From Octopus sinensis (taxonomy: Eukaryota), in assembly GCF_006345805.1 (NCBI RefSeq), contig NC_043026.1, positions 6,510,001 to 6,574,000 of the forward strand: DNA of 64,000 nt, given 5' to 3'. Position numbers and translations under genes: made by a program. Position 1 is the stretch's first letter, and the number at the start of each line of letters is the position of its first letter. The notes under the pieces are model-generated. The model was not told where the DNA came from. It did no database searches and saw only the letters and a list, made by a program, of their open reading frames with translations. Below are positions 1 to 40,100 of the stretch, one piece after another.

Positions 1-29
1 CACACTCCTGTGCCACGCTGAATCTCCCC

Positions 30-520
30 CCGAGAACTACATTAAGGGTACGCATGTCTGTGGAGTACTCAGCCACTTGCACGTTAATTTCACGAGCAGG
101 CTGTTCCATTGATCAGATCAACTGGAATCTTCATCATCATAACCAATGGAATGCCTTGAGAACTATGTTAAGGGTACGCATGTCTGTGGAGTACTCAGCC
201 ACTTGCACTTAAATTTTACGAGCAGGTTGTTCCACTGATCGGATCAAATGGAATCTTCATCATCATAACCAATGGAATGCCTTGAGAACTATGTTAAGGG
301 TACGCATGTCTGTGGAGTACTCAGCCACTTGCACTTAAATTTTACGAGCAGGTTGTTCCACTGATCGGATCAAATGGAATCTTCATCATCATAACCAATG
401 GAATGCCTTGAGAACTATGTTAAGGGTACGCATGTCTGTGGAGTACTCAGCCACTTGCACTTAAATTTTACCAGCAGGCTGTTCCATTGATCGGATCAAC
501 TGGAACCCCCATCATCATAA
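30..520 (+). repeat. Tandem array (4 x ~121 bp) of the 3' half of SINE family D
   Basis: Repeated GAGAACTATGTTAAGGGTACGCATGTCTGTGGAGTACTCAGCCACTTGCAC unit matching 38630-38760. Confidence 0.85.
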
Positions 521-804
521 CTGACTATCGAATTGCTCTTCGTCTTGAAGAATAATAACAATAACAATAATGGTGTCAAATTTTGGCACAATGCCAGCAA
601 TTTTGAAGGGAGGGAGGTAGTCGATATACCACTGACCCCAGTACATGACTGGTACTTTGGTACTTATTTTATCGACTCTGGAGGAATGAAAGGCAAAGTT
701 TACCCCAGTGGGGACACACGAGGCAGAATGAAGATTGAATGGTTCATGTTTAAGGCTATTAACAGGGACCAGAAAGAATTGTTAGGGAATTTCGAGTTAC
801 TCAC

Positions 805-28917
<28,113 letters not shown>

Positions 28918-30831
28918 GATTCTTCCCCCAAAACCCGAAAATCCAAACCTTCAAAGCTGTCCTGCTTCTGTTGACCTTTACTCCAAGGTAGACGTGAGCA
29001 AGCACAGGAACACAACACTGAAATCACGTCGTATTTATACTGGCTTGCCACTCACTAGTATGGTAGCACAGGACGGACAGAATAACCTGTTTCGTTTCAG
29101 CCCGGTTTTCGATCTGACCTGATGGGATTGAATCGGATTGTATGAAATCTAAACTGATATTTAAATTACTTTAAATGAAATAATATATGTATTATTTTAT
29201 TTAATTAATTAATCAATTAATTAATTATTTAGCAAAAGCTTTAAAATGTGTGCAGTCTAACAATTATGTGTTACTTATAGTAATTTACTAATACGGTGGC
29301 CCAGAAAGACTGAAAAATTAGTTCGTCTCGGACTAATAAATCGACTTCGTGTTAAGGCTATGATGTAAGAGATGTTGAGCCGTTGAGCGAATCATCATTT
29401 CTGACCACGATAAGGAAAAAACTATGGGATAGAATTACACAATGGCCATAATTACGTTCTCTGTGATCAAGAAATTAATATAGCTCTGTCAGGCCGAAAT
29501 GACCGACGTATAATATATATATGTATATTTATATATAGTATACGTGATATAAAACTTTGACTTTGACATGAAGAAAATAAAACACGGGGATATTGAATGA
29601 TATAAATAAGAGTAGAAGTGTGAAATGTCGCCAAAGGCGAAGATAAAAACACCGTTCTGTAAGTTTGGGGATAAGTTTTGTACACACACACACACACACA
29701 CGCACGCGCATGCATGCATGCACGCACGCACGCAAGCACTCACACGCATGCTCACACACACACACACACACAAACACACATTCACACACACAAACACATT
29801 CTCCCACTCACACACACACACATTCTCACTCTCACACGCACATGCTCACACTTTCTCACACACACACATTGACACACACTCACACACACGCTCACAAACA
29901 CATTCTCAAACTCACACACACACACACTAGTATATTTCTGGTTCTGGCATAGAACCGATAGAAATCTCACCATTTCTTTCCCCCATATCCTAAGCTCAGT
30001 CTGAGAAGAGACGCAAAACCCATTATTGTTGCTGCTCGAATTCTCTTTTAGATTGTTTTTTTTCTTCTTACCCCCTGATTTATGAACAACTATACACTAT
30101 TCAATCAGTTGGCTGTGTCCATGCTGGAGCACCAACTTTAGTCAAACAAATCAACCCCAGGACTTATTCTTTGTAAGCCTAGTACTTAATTTATCGATCT
30201 CTTTGCCGAACCGCTAGGTTACAGGGATGCAAACAAACCAACATTGGTTGTCAAATGATGAAGGGGGCACAAAAACAGACAGCTACCAGGGGGTTAGGTT
30301 AGGATTTTGGCCCTTTTTCATTTCACCACCCTTTTTCAAAGCAGCCGCTGACCAGTTAGGTTAATCTACTGACAATAGAGAGCAGTCGCCCTATTCTCTT
30401 CCTTATAAGCTAACTCTGATGAGCGTAAGGTTATATAACCGGATTGTTACCTAACACTCCTTGCACAAAACCAATTCATTAGATCAGCCATGATGCGTAT
30501 TTAATACTATACAATTGGGATAATATGTCCACTTTATTGACAGATGCATGAGTACATCTTTTCCCTGATTTAGGGTCTCTTAGACGACTCATGCGTGTAT
30601 ATGCATTTATGTGTATGTGTGTGTCTTTGTGTCTGTGTTACTCCACCCACCATCGCTTGACAGCCGATGTTGGTGTGCTTACATTCCCATAACTTAGAGG
30701 TGTGGCAAAAGAGACTGATAGAATAAGTACTAGGCTTTTAAGGCGGTGCTCCAGTATGACCACAGTCAAATGACTGAAGCAAGGAAAAGAATAAAAACAA
30801 CAACATTTCATAAGATTATTTTATATTCAAA

Positions 30832-31223
30832 CTAGCAGTATCGCTCGGCATTGCTTGGGTTTGTTTCGACCCTTTAGAATTGGAATTTTTGAAAAGTAAA
30901 AATTTTGCATTTTGTAGCTTGTTTTTCTCTTTAAGTGAACATTTTTCTGGTTGAAATACACTGAAAAATGGCAACACAGCAGTCAAAAAATCATAAAAAA
31001 TAGGGATTTTCATAGAAAAAAAGCACCTTTTTGATGTAAATAATTTTTGGTGTTAACATGGTCCGATTTGAAATTTTTCTTCTACAGAAGGAAGAGCAAG
31101 CCTTCTTCTATCATACTCTCAATTTTGGTCAACTTGCGCCGCAGGGTCTCGGAGGAGATAGTGTTAGTTGAAGGCTACCAAACCTGCCACACCTAGACAA
31201 CTTCAGCTTTATATAGAGAGAGA
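30832..31223 (-). mobile_element. Non-autonomous Helitron
   Basis: Same family as 16864-17251 and 50487-50864. Confidence 0.8.
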
Positions 31224-31944
31224 TTACATAAGTATGATCCAGCAACAGTTGTGTGCCAGCGCTCCACCAGGTTGGCTGCTCTTAGAGCATTTTCTTGTAT
31301 GAAATTTTATGTAAATTCTATACATTGGTGGAGTTTCACATGTTTATCCAGCTCAAAGAAAAACTATGCAGCATGATGACATAAGGTAGCCGATAACTGT
31401 ATAGGAGCTTTGAAGTGCACATTATGAGGTTATTACCCAGATGACATTGACTATATATATAAACACACACACATAGATATCATCATCGTTTAACGTTCGC
31501 TTTCCATGCTAGCATGGGTTGGACGGTTCAACTGAGGTCTGGGAAGCCCGAAGGCTGCACCAGGCCCAGTCTGATCTGGCAGTGTTTCTACAGCTGGATG
31601 CCCTTCCTATATTTATATAGGGTGAAGGGTAAAGACCCTCTTCAGTCATGAATGACCATGGGATTGCACCTGGAAAGTTCCCCTCCAAGGCATAAGTCCA
31701 AAGAAAGCAGAGAGTGGAAACAGTCAGAGGATGAATTTATGAGTATATACATAATATGAATGTTTACATTTATGTGATGTAAATATTTACATCAAGAGTT
31801 CCAAATTACACGGATTTCAATTGACCTTTAACTTTCTCTGTTGTTTGTACTCCGTGGAAGTTGGACTTGCTAATGTAAATATATATATACATACATACAT
31901 ACATACACACACACACACCACACCACACATATATATATATATAT

Positions 31945-31976
<32 letters not shown>

Positions 31977-32015
31977 TAATATATATATATATACATATAT
32001 ATATATACATATATA

Positions 32016-32068
<53 letters not shown>

Positions 32069-32443
32069 ATGTATATGTATATATATATAATTGTCGCTAT
32101 TATGCAAATGTGTTGTAAGTCCAAAATGTTTCTTTTCAGAAAATGAAAAAAATAGTTTCACCATTCCATAGCGAAACCGCTGTACTAGATTTTGGTCAGC
32201 CTGAGGCTATAGTAGAAGACACTTGCCTAAGGTGTCACGCAGTGGAACTGAACCTGGAACCATGTGGTTCGTAAGCAAGCTACTTACCACACAGCCACAC
32301 CTGTGCCTGTTTTATATTTTCTCTTGTCACTCATGTTTCACCTGTATGTTTGCGAGGCCGACAGGAACGTACAAGGACTTTCTTGATGACCTTGTGAACA
32401 TACAGGTGAAACCTGAGACTAGCAACACAGTGACTCAACCAAA

Positions 32444-32474
<31 letters not shown>

Positions 32475-34092
32475 CATACATACATACACACACACAGGCA
32501 TGCGCATGCATGCACACACAGATATGGTGGTCTGAGCTCTCTGCTTTACAACAAGCATTTTGTGCACCACATCATTGCTGTGGATGTCCTCATTACCCAC
32601 ATACTCTTCCACTTGTTTCAGTCAGTTGACTGCGGCCATGCTGGAGCACCGCCTTTAGTCGAGCAACTCGACCCCGGAACTTATTCTTTTGTAAGCCCAG
32701 TACTTATTCTATGGGTCTCTTTTGCCGAACCGCTAAGTAACGGGGACATAAACACACCAGCATCGGTTGTCAAGCAATGCTTGGGGGACAAACACAGACA
32801 CACAAACATACACACACACATATATATATATACATATATACGACGGGCTTCTTTCAGTTTCCGTCTACCAGATCCACTCACAAGGCTTTGGTCGGCCCGA
32901 GGCTATAGTGGAAGAGGCCTTCTTAACTGGACACTACAAGAAACTCAAAGATAAAGACATATGAACTAGCAAAAGTGTTATAGGAAACTTCACAGCATGA
33001 TTATGTGGTAAGAAGCTTGCTTTCCCAACCACATGGTTCTGGGTTCAGTCCCACTGTGACACCTTGGGCAAGTGTCTTCTGCTATTGCCTCGGGCTGACC
33101 AAAGCCATAGGAGTGGATTTGATAGATGGAAACTGAAAGAAGCCCATCATATATATTATATATTTCTTTATTGCCCGCAAGAGGCTAAACATAGAGGGGA
33201 CAGACAAGGACAGACAAAGGGATTCAGTCGATTATATCGACCCCAGTGCTTAACTGGGGCTTATTCAATTGACTGTGAAAGGATGAAAGGCAAAGTCGAC
33301 CTCAGAACATAGTAGCAGACGAAATGCCTATTTCTTTACTACCCACAAGGGGCTAAACACAGAGAGGACAAACAAGGACAGACAAAGGGATTAAGTCGAT
33401 TACATCGACCCCAGTGCGTAACTGGTACTTAATTTATTGACCCTGAAAGGATGAAAGGCAAAGTCGACCTCGGCGGAATTTGAACTCTGAACGTAACGGC
33501 AGACGAAATACCTATTTCTATTTCTTTATTACCCACAAGGGGCTAAACACAGAGGGGACAAACAAGGACAGACAAAGGGATTAAGTCGATTACATCGACC
33601 TCAGTGCGTAACTGGTACTTAATTTATCGACCTCGAAAGGATGAAAGGCAAAGTCGACCTCGGCGGAATTTGAACTCAGAACGTAACGGCAGGCGAAATA
33701 CTGCTACGCACTTCGCCCGGCGTGCTAACGTTTCTGCCAGCTCCCAACTTCAAAAACAGAGTCTGTTTACTCAACACGGTGCACAGCATTATTGCACGAT
33801 ATTGCACAGTATTCCTGGAGTTTTGCAAGCCAGATAATCCGTTCGGCACCGTATATTAAGCGATACAAAAGACATTGTTTCCCTTCGATGCTTCCATACT
33901 TTGATGAACCATCGAAATAAACAACTGCTAAACCGGAACTCTCTTCCGCCATTAAGACTGTTTCGCACGCATGTGTTCGTCAGGACTTCCTCCAGTCATT
34001 CCTTCCCTCCGTCTCTCTTCCTCTGTAATTTTATTCCTTCATCCATCGCTTCTTCGGTCTGTCTTTCTCCCTATCGTTTATTTCAAGCCGCG

Positions 34093-34201
34093 ATGTTTAG
34101 TTCGGAGGAATATTTGAGGAAGAAAACGGGTGAATATGGCGTTGGTCGTCTCAGTTATCTGCAGTCGTTGGTGACAGAGTTCGAAGAGACAACATCCGAC
34201 G
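34093..34201 (+). CDS. ARMC7: ARMC7 exon 1 ([36 protein letters not shown])
   Basis: ATG at 34093, donor gtagca, 109 nt. Confidence 0.92.
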
Positions 34202-34472
34202 GTAGCAACAACATCCACAACACAGACTCCAACACATTACACGCGCCCCACACTGACACACACATACACAAACATTAACACATTAACCCACACGTACCCA
34301 CATTATAGGCGCAGGAGTGGCTGTGTGGTAAGTAGCTTGCTTACCAACCATATGGTTCCGGGTTCAGTCCCACTGCGTGGCACCTTGGGCAAGTGTCTTC
34401 TGCTATAGACCCGGGCCGACCAAATCCTTGTGAGTGGATTTGGTAGACGGAAACTGAAAGAAGCCCGTCGTA

Positions 34473-34515
<43 letters not shown>

Positions 34516-37140
34516 CTGTGTTTGTCCCCCTAACATTGCTTGACAACACATTGCTGGTGTGTTTACGTCCCCGTAAAGAGACCGATAGAATAAGTCCCGG
34601 GGTCGATTTGCTCGGCTAAAGGCGGTGCTCCAGCGTGGCCGCAGTCAAATGACTGAAACAAGTAAAAGAGAGTAAAGTGTAATACACATACACAAACATA
34701 AACACATCACACACACACAGAGTCAGAGGTAAAGAATACGCACACCACCGGGTTTTCGGCGTAACAAAAACCCTAAACTAAGGCCCTAACCCTAACCACC
34801 GGGTGTACGTATTTTGGTACTACTTGAGAACAGTGGTCCCAGTGCGCGTACTCGTGCATCCGCGCCAGCTAGTCATGACTAGTCGATCTTTACTTTGTGT
34901 TTTTTGTGTTTTATTTACTCTACTTTGTGTAAAATATTTATTTTGTGTTTTATTTACTCTGCTAGGTAGTCGTTGTAGGATCGACTAGTCACGACTAGCT
35001 AGCGCGAGTGCGCGCACCGGGACCACTCTTCTTAAGTAGTACCCGTATTCTTGTGAGTGGATTTGGTAGATGGAGACTGAAAGAAGCCCACCATATATGC
35101 ATGTATATCTGTGAGCGTGTGTCTTTCTGTCTATGTTTGTATCCCAAAGGCGGCGAGCTGGCAGAATCGTTAGCGCGCCTGGCGAAATGCTTAGAGGTAT
35201 TTCGTCTGCCGCTACGTTCTGAGTTCAAATTCCGACGAGGTCGACTTTGCCTTTCATCCTTTCGGGGTCGATTAAATAAGTACCAGTTACGCACTGGGGT
35301 CGATATGATCGACTTAATCCGTTTGTCTGTCCTTGTTTGTCCCCTCTGTGTTTAGCCCCTTGTGGGTAGTAAAGAAATACGTATTCTTTGTTCGCCCAAG
35401 CACGTACATAAACATTAACACATTACACACACACTTGAACAGTAATGTTGACTACATATTTACGTGTGTGTTTCCCTGTGTGTTACACTCTGTGTGTGTA
35501 TTTGTATGTGTTTCACGTATGCGTAGTTGTGTACGTGTGTGTTATAAATTTTACCGCCCAACGTGTTAGAAACATCAATCAAATACGCAAAGGGCATAAC
35601 TACAGTTTGGGACCCCGCGGCCTCATATCTTTCCAGGCAGTGTATTTTTTTTAAAAATATGGTTTTGTAGTGATACGTTTCCGAGGATGTAAAGTGCTAT
35701 TGTGTTGATAGATTTTTCAAATAGTATATGTATATATCTGTTTATGTGCATGTACGTACGTATAAAATTTAGGAAGTAATTTTTTACGGAAATTGCCGAT
35801 TTTCATTTTCACTTTAATCATACCAACACCGAAGGATCGCCAGGCATTCTTTCGATATGAGTTCCACTTACGTCACGTGTATTTGTTTACATTTGAAGAA
35901 GATCGTCACTTTCCGTAAAATTATTATTTATATATACCAACACCGAAGGATCGCCAAGTACTTTTTCTGTGGCACAGTCACCAGTGCTTTTTACATGGTA
36001 CCTTGGTTTTAGGATATAAACTCTATAGTGTTGGGCGGGTTTTCTTGTGTACACCAATGCACCCCTAAAATCCACTGACACCCTCAAAATCTAAAGATTC
36101 CCCAAAAATCCATGTGGACCCTGAAACCCTGTTGAACCCTTAAAATCCTTAAAATGCAATGAGTCATGCCTGAAATATCTCTTTTCAGATGCTAAGAAAG
36201 AAATTCTTGCCAACCTCGCTAATTTTGGCTACGACCCCCTAAACTATGGTTTCTTTCGCCAACTCAATATCTTGGATTTGTTTCTTGGTAAGTAGAAATT
36301 TCTTCATCATCATCATCATCATCGTTTAACGTCCGTTTTCCATGCTAGCATGGGTTGGATGGTTTCACCAGAGCTGGCAAGATGGAAGGTTGCACCAGAC
36401 TCCAGTCTGATTTGGCATGGTTTTCTACAGCTAGATGCCCTTCCTAACGCCACCCACTTTGAGAGTGTAATGGGTGCTCTTACATGCCACTGGCATGGGT
36501 GCCATTTGCAGGACACTGGCATCTGCCACGACTGTGGTTTTACTTGGCTTGATGGGTCTTCCTTGTACGGAAATCCACTATGAATTTACCCTTTTACGGC
36601 TGAGTGGACTGCTGTAATGGGAAAGGAAGTATCTTGCTCAAGTATGCAATGTGCTGCCTGGTCCAGGAATTGAACTCACGGTTGCTAGATTGTCAGTGCA
36701 ACACCTTAACCACAAGGTCAAACACCTTCCCATCAGCATCATTATCATTTAATGTCCATTGTTCATTGAGTTGGATGGTTTGACCAACACAGTGGATTGA
36801 ACCCAGAACCATGTGGTTGTGAAGCAAGCTTCTTATCACACAGCCATGCCTATTTTATATATATATATATATATATTGGTAATACAGTAAGATAACAAAA
36901 GAAAGAAAGAGACCTCAATATTATGTAAATAGAGGAAATTTATCTGTAAAATAATATGTTACAAATACTCAATAGTCAAGATAAAACTCTGAGTTTCAGA
37001 TGCCGAAGTGGGAATCCACAACACCATCTCTTCGGTTATCTGGCTATAATAGCCAGATAACCGAAGAGATGGTGTTGTGGATTCCCACTTCGGCATCTGA
37101 AACTCAGAGTTTTATCTTGACTATGAGTAATGTAACATAT

Positions 37141-37176
<36 letters not shown>

Positions 37177-40100
37177 TTATATATCGAAAAATACCTTAGG
37201 AATGAGAACCCAGGTTCGAAATTTCCCCAAGACACCTGATGAAGGCTGGAGGGTATATCAGCCGAAACGTTGTGTTAACAACAAACAAGATGAGGACAAA
37301 TATCCGTCAAATCTAAATAATGTAAATAAATACTGAAGATGATACACACAGAACATGTGTGTGTGTGTGTGATGTGACAAGACGTTGTCCTTTCAAATAG
37401 TATGGTTTCGGATGTGTGTGTGTGTGTGTGTAACAGCAGGTGTGTTATGTTAGATCTGGGTTAGGCCAAGATAACTCAGATTTCAGAGGATCAGGTCAGG
37501 TCAAGGTTGTGTGTGAGAACAACATTGGCATTGTTCTGTTTGTTCTTAAGAGTCACTGCTGTAATCTGGGCCGTCTACATCATCATCATCATCGTCATCG
37601 TCACTGCCACCACCATCATCACCATTATCATCACCATCCTCCTCCACCTCCACACCACCACCACTATCATTTTAACATTCACTTTACCATGGTTACATCA
37701 TCATCATCATCATCATTGTTGTTGTCATTGCTGTTCTCATCATCACCATCATTATCATCATCGTCATTGTCATTCTTGTCATCACCATCATCATCATCAT
37801 TTAACGTCCACTTTCCATGCTGGCATGGGTTAGACGGTTTGACTGAAGACTGGCAAAGCCAGAAGACTGCACCAGGCTCCAATCTTGATCTGGCAGAGTT
37901 TCTACAGCTGGATGCCTTTCCTAAATGCCAACCACTCAGAGAGCGTAGCGGGTGCTTTCTACCTGTCACAGGCATGGGAGCCAGTTGGTGGGGGCTGGCA
38001 TCGATTACGTTTGGATGCTGCTTTTTATGTGCCACAGGAGTCAGTCATGCGGCACTGGCATCAATCCCGTTCAGATGGTGCTTTTTACGTGCCACCATAA
38101 CTGTGTGGTTAAGTTTACCTCTCAGCCATAAGGTTATGAGGAGGGTGGTGGCTGTTGTTGTTGTTAAGCAACAAGACGGGTAAGGGTGATTAGGTGATGG
38201 TCTAGGGCTTAGGGGCGGGAGACCCCAGACATTGGAAAAAAAAACTTTGGTCGTCTTGTTGTAGTCGAGGGCTCTTCGTTGACGCCCGATACCACTGGGA
38301 GGTGACCCTGGAAGATCTCCAGGTCCAAATTCTTGGACGGTTAATGGTGGTGACAATGGTTGTGCTGGTGGTGGTGATGTGGAGGCGCAACGGCTCAGTG
38401 GTTAGGGCAGCGGACTCGCGGTCGTAGGATCGCGGTTTTGATTCCCAGACCGGGCGTTGTGAGTGTTTACTGAGCGAAAACACCTAAAGCTCCACGAGGC
38501 TCCGGCAGGGATGGTGGTGATCCCTGCTGTACTCTTTCACCACAACTTTCTCTCACTCTTACTTCCTGTTTCTGTTGTACCTGTATTTCAAAGGGCCGGC
38601 CTTGTCACTCTCTGTGTCATGCTGAATATCCCCGAGAACTACGTAAAGGGTACACGTGTCTGTGGAGTGCTCAGCCACTTGCACGTTAATTTCACGAGCA
38701 GGCTGTTCCGTTGATTCGGATCAACTGGAACCCTCGTCGTCGTAACCGACGGAGTGCTTCCATCCAGTGGTGGTGATGTCAGTAAGGACGACAATGATGA
38801 TGATGATGATGATGATGATGACTGTCATTGCTATTGACAACGATGCTGCTGCTTCTGCTGCTGGTGAAGTCCCCATTTCATTAAATGTTTAACGACACAG
38901 TTATTGTTTTTGTTGTTGTTGCAGATTCATTAGAAGACAACGATGAGAAAATGGTAGAATTCTCCATCGCAGGATTATGCAATTGCTGTTTAGGTAAGTC
39001 TTCTTATTCAGGTGGTTCATGCTTTCATTCTTGTGCACATTACAGACGGACCGGCCATACTGGAGCACTACTGTCAAGGCTTTGCTTCACTCATATTGTT
39101 CTCGAGAGTTACCATATTTTAACGTGTTTAAAAGGAACCCTTTTTTGTCTAAAATTAGGTTAAAAAAATATGGGAGTTTCTTGTACATTGATAGTATCAT
39201 AATCCCTTACAAACGGAGTTCTAATACTAATGCCCTTCCTAATGCCAACCACTTTACAGAGAGGACTCGGTGCCTTTTGCATGGCACCAGAACGGGTGCC
39301 TTCAACATGTCACCGGCATGGGTGTCCTGGGGATTTTTTATGTGGTACCAGCATGGCACATTCTATTATACTGGTGGTCCAACCAGTGCCTTCTAAAGTG
39401 AATTTGGTTGCTGGAAACTGAAAGAAACCTGTCATAAATTGATATACGTGTGTCTTTGTTTCTGTGTTTGGCCAAACCACTTGATTACCAGTATTGGTTT
39501 GTTTACATTCCCCATGATTGAAAAGTTTGACCAAACGGACAAATACTGGGAGCAGTTAATTTGACCCAAAAAAACCCCTTGTCCCAGCATGGCTGCATTC
39601 CAAAGACTGACATACATCAAATAGTCACACACACACACAATATGTGCCTACACACACACACATACATAAATACATACGAAGATCAGTGAAAAAGAAAATA
39701 CCTATGCTGAACTATTTAGAAATCTGTAGTTACTCTATCCAGATTACAAGTTCAAGTTTATACCTGTAATTATTGGGGCCCTGGGATATGTAACACACTG
39801 CCTAAACACCAATCTTGAGATATTAGGCTTCTCACAACCAGAAAGGAGAAAGCTAATTCAAAGACTACAGATCCAATCCATCAGCGGAACTGTAAAAATC
39901 TGTAAAACTTTCCAGAAGTTTAGCATTTAAATATATCTGAATATATATATATGTCTAGATATGTAGCTATATGCATGAGAAGACGTACATAAAGCAAAAC
40001 ATACAAATCTGCACACATACAAACAAACAAAAATATCCAGATATTGAAATTCCAATGAAGGAGCCTTGGATCTAGGTTAGAAACCGGTTCCTTCTCTATT

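Noticed and set aside
33945-33995. Hammerhead-like CTGACGA...GAAACAGTC on the minus strand upstream of ARMC7
   Set aside because: Stem I cannot form and the base of stem II is mismatched, so it is probably chance.
28918-34092. Bidirectional promoter shared by AMPK alpha and ARMC7
   Set aside because: The start codons are 5.2 kb apart with SINEs, a Helitron and microsatellites between them, and no TSS evidence is visible.
34768-34800. Interstitial telomere (CCCTAA)
   Set aside because: There are only 2-3 interrupted units beside a MITE.
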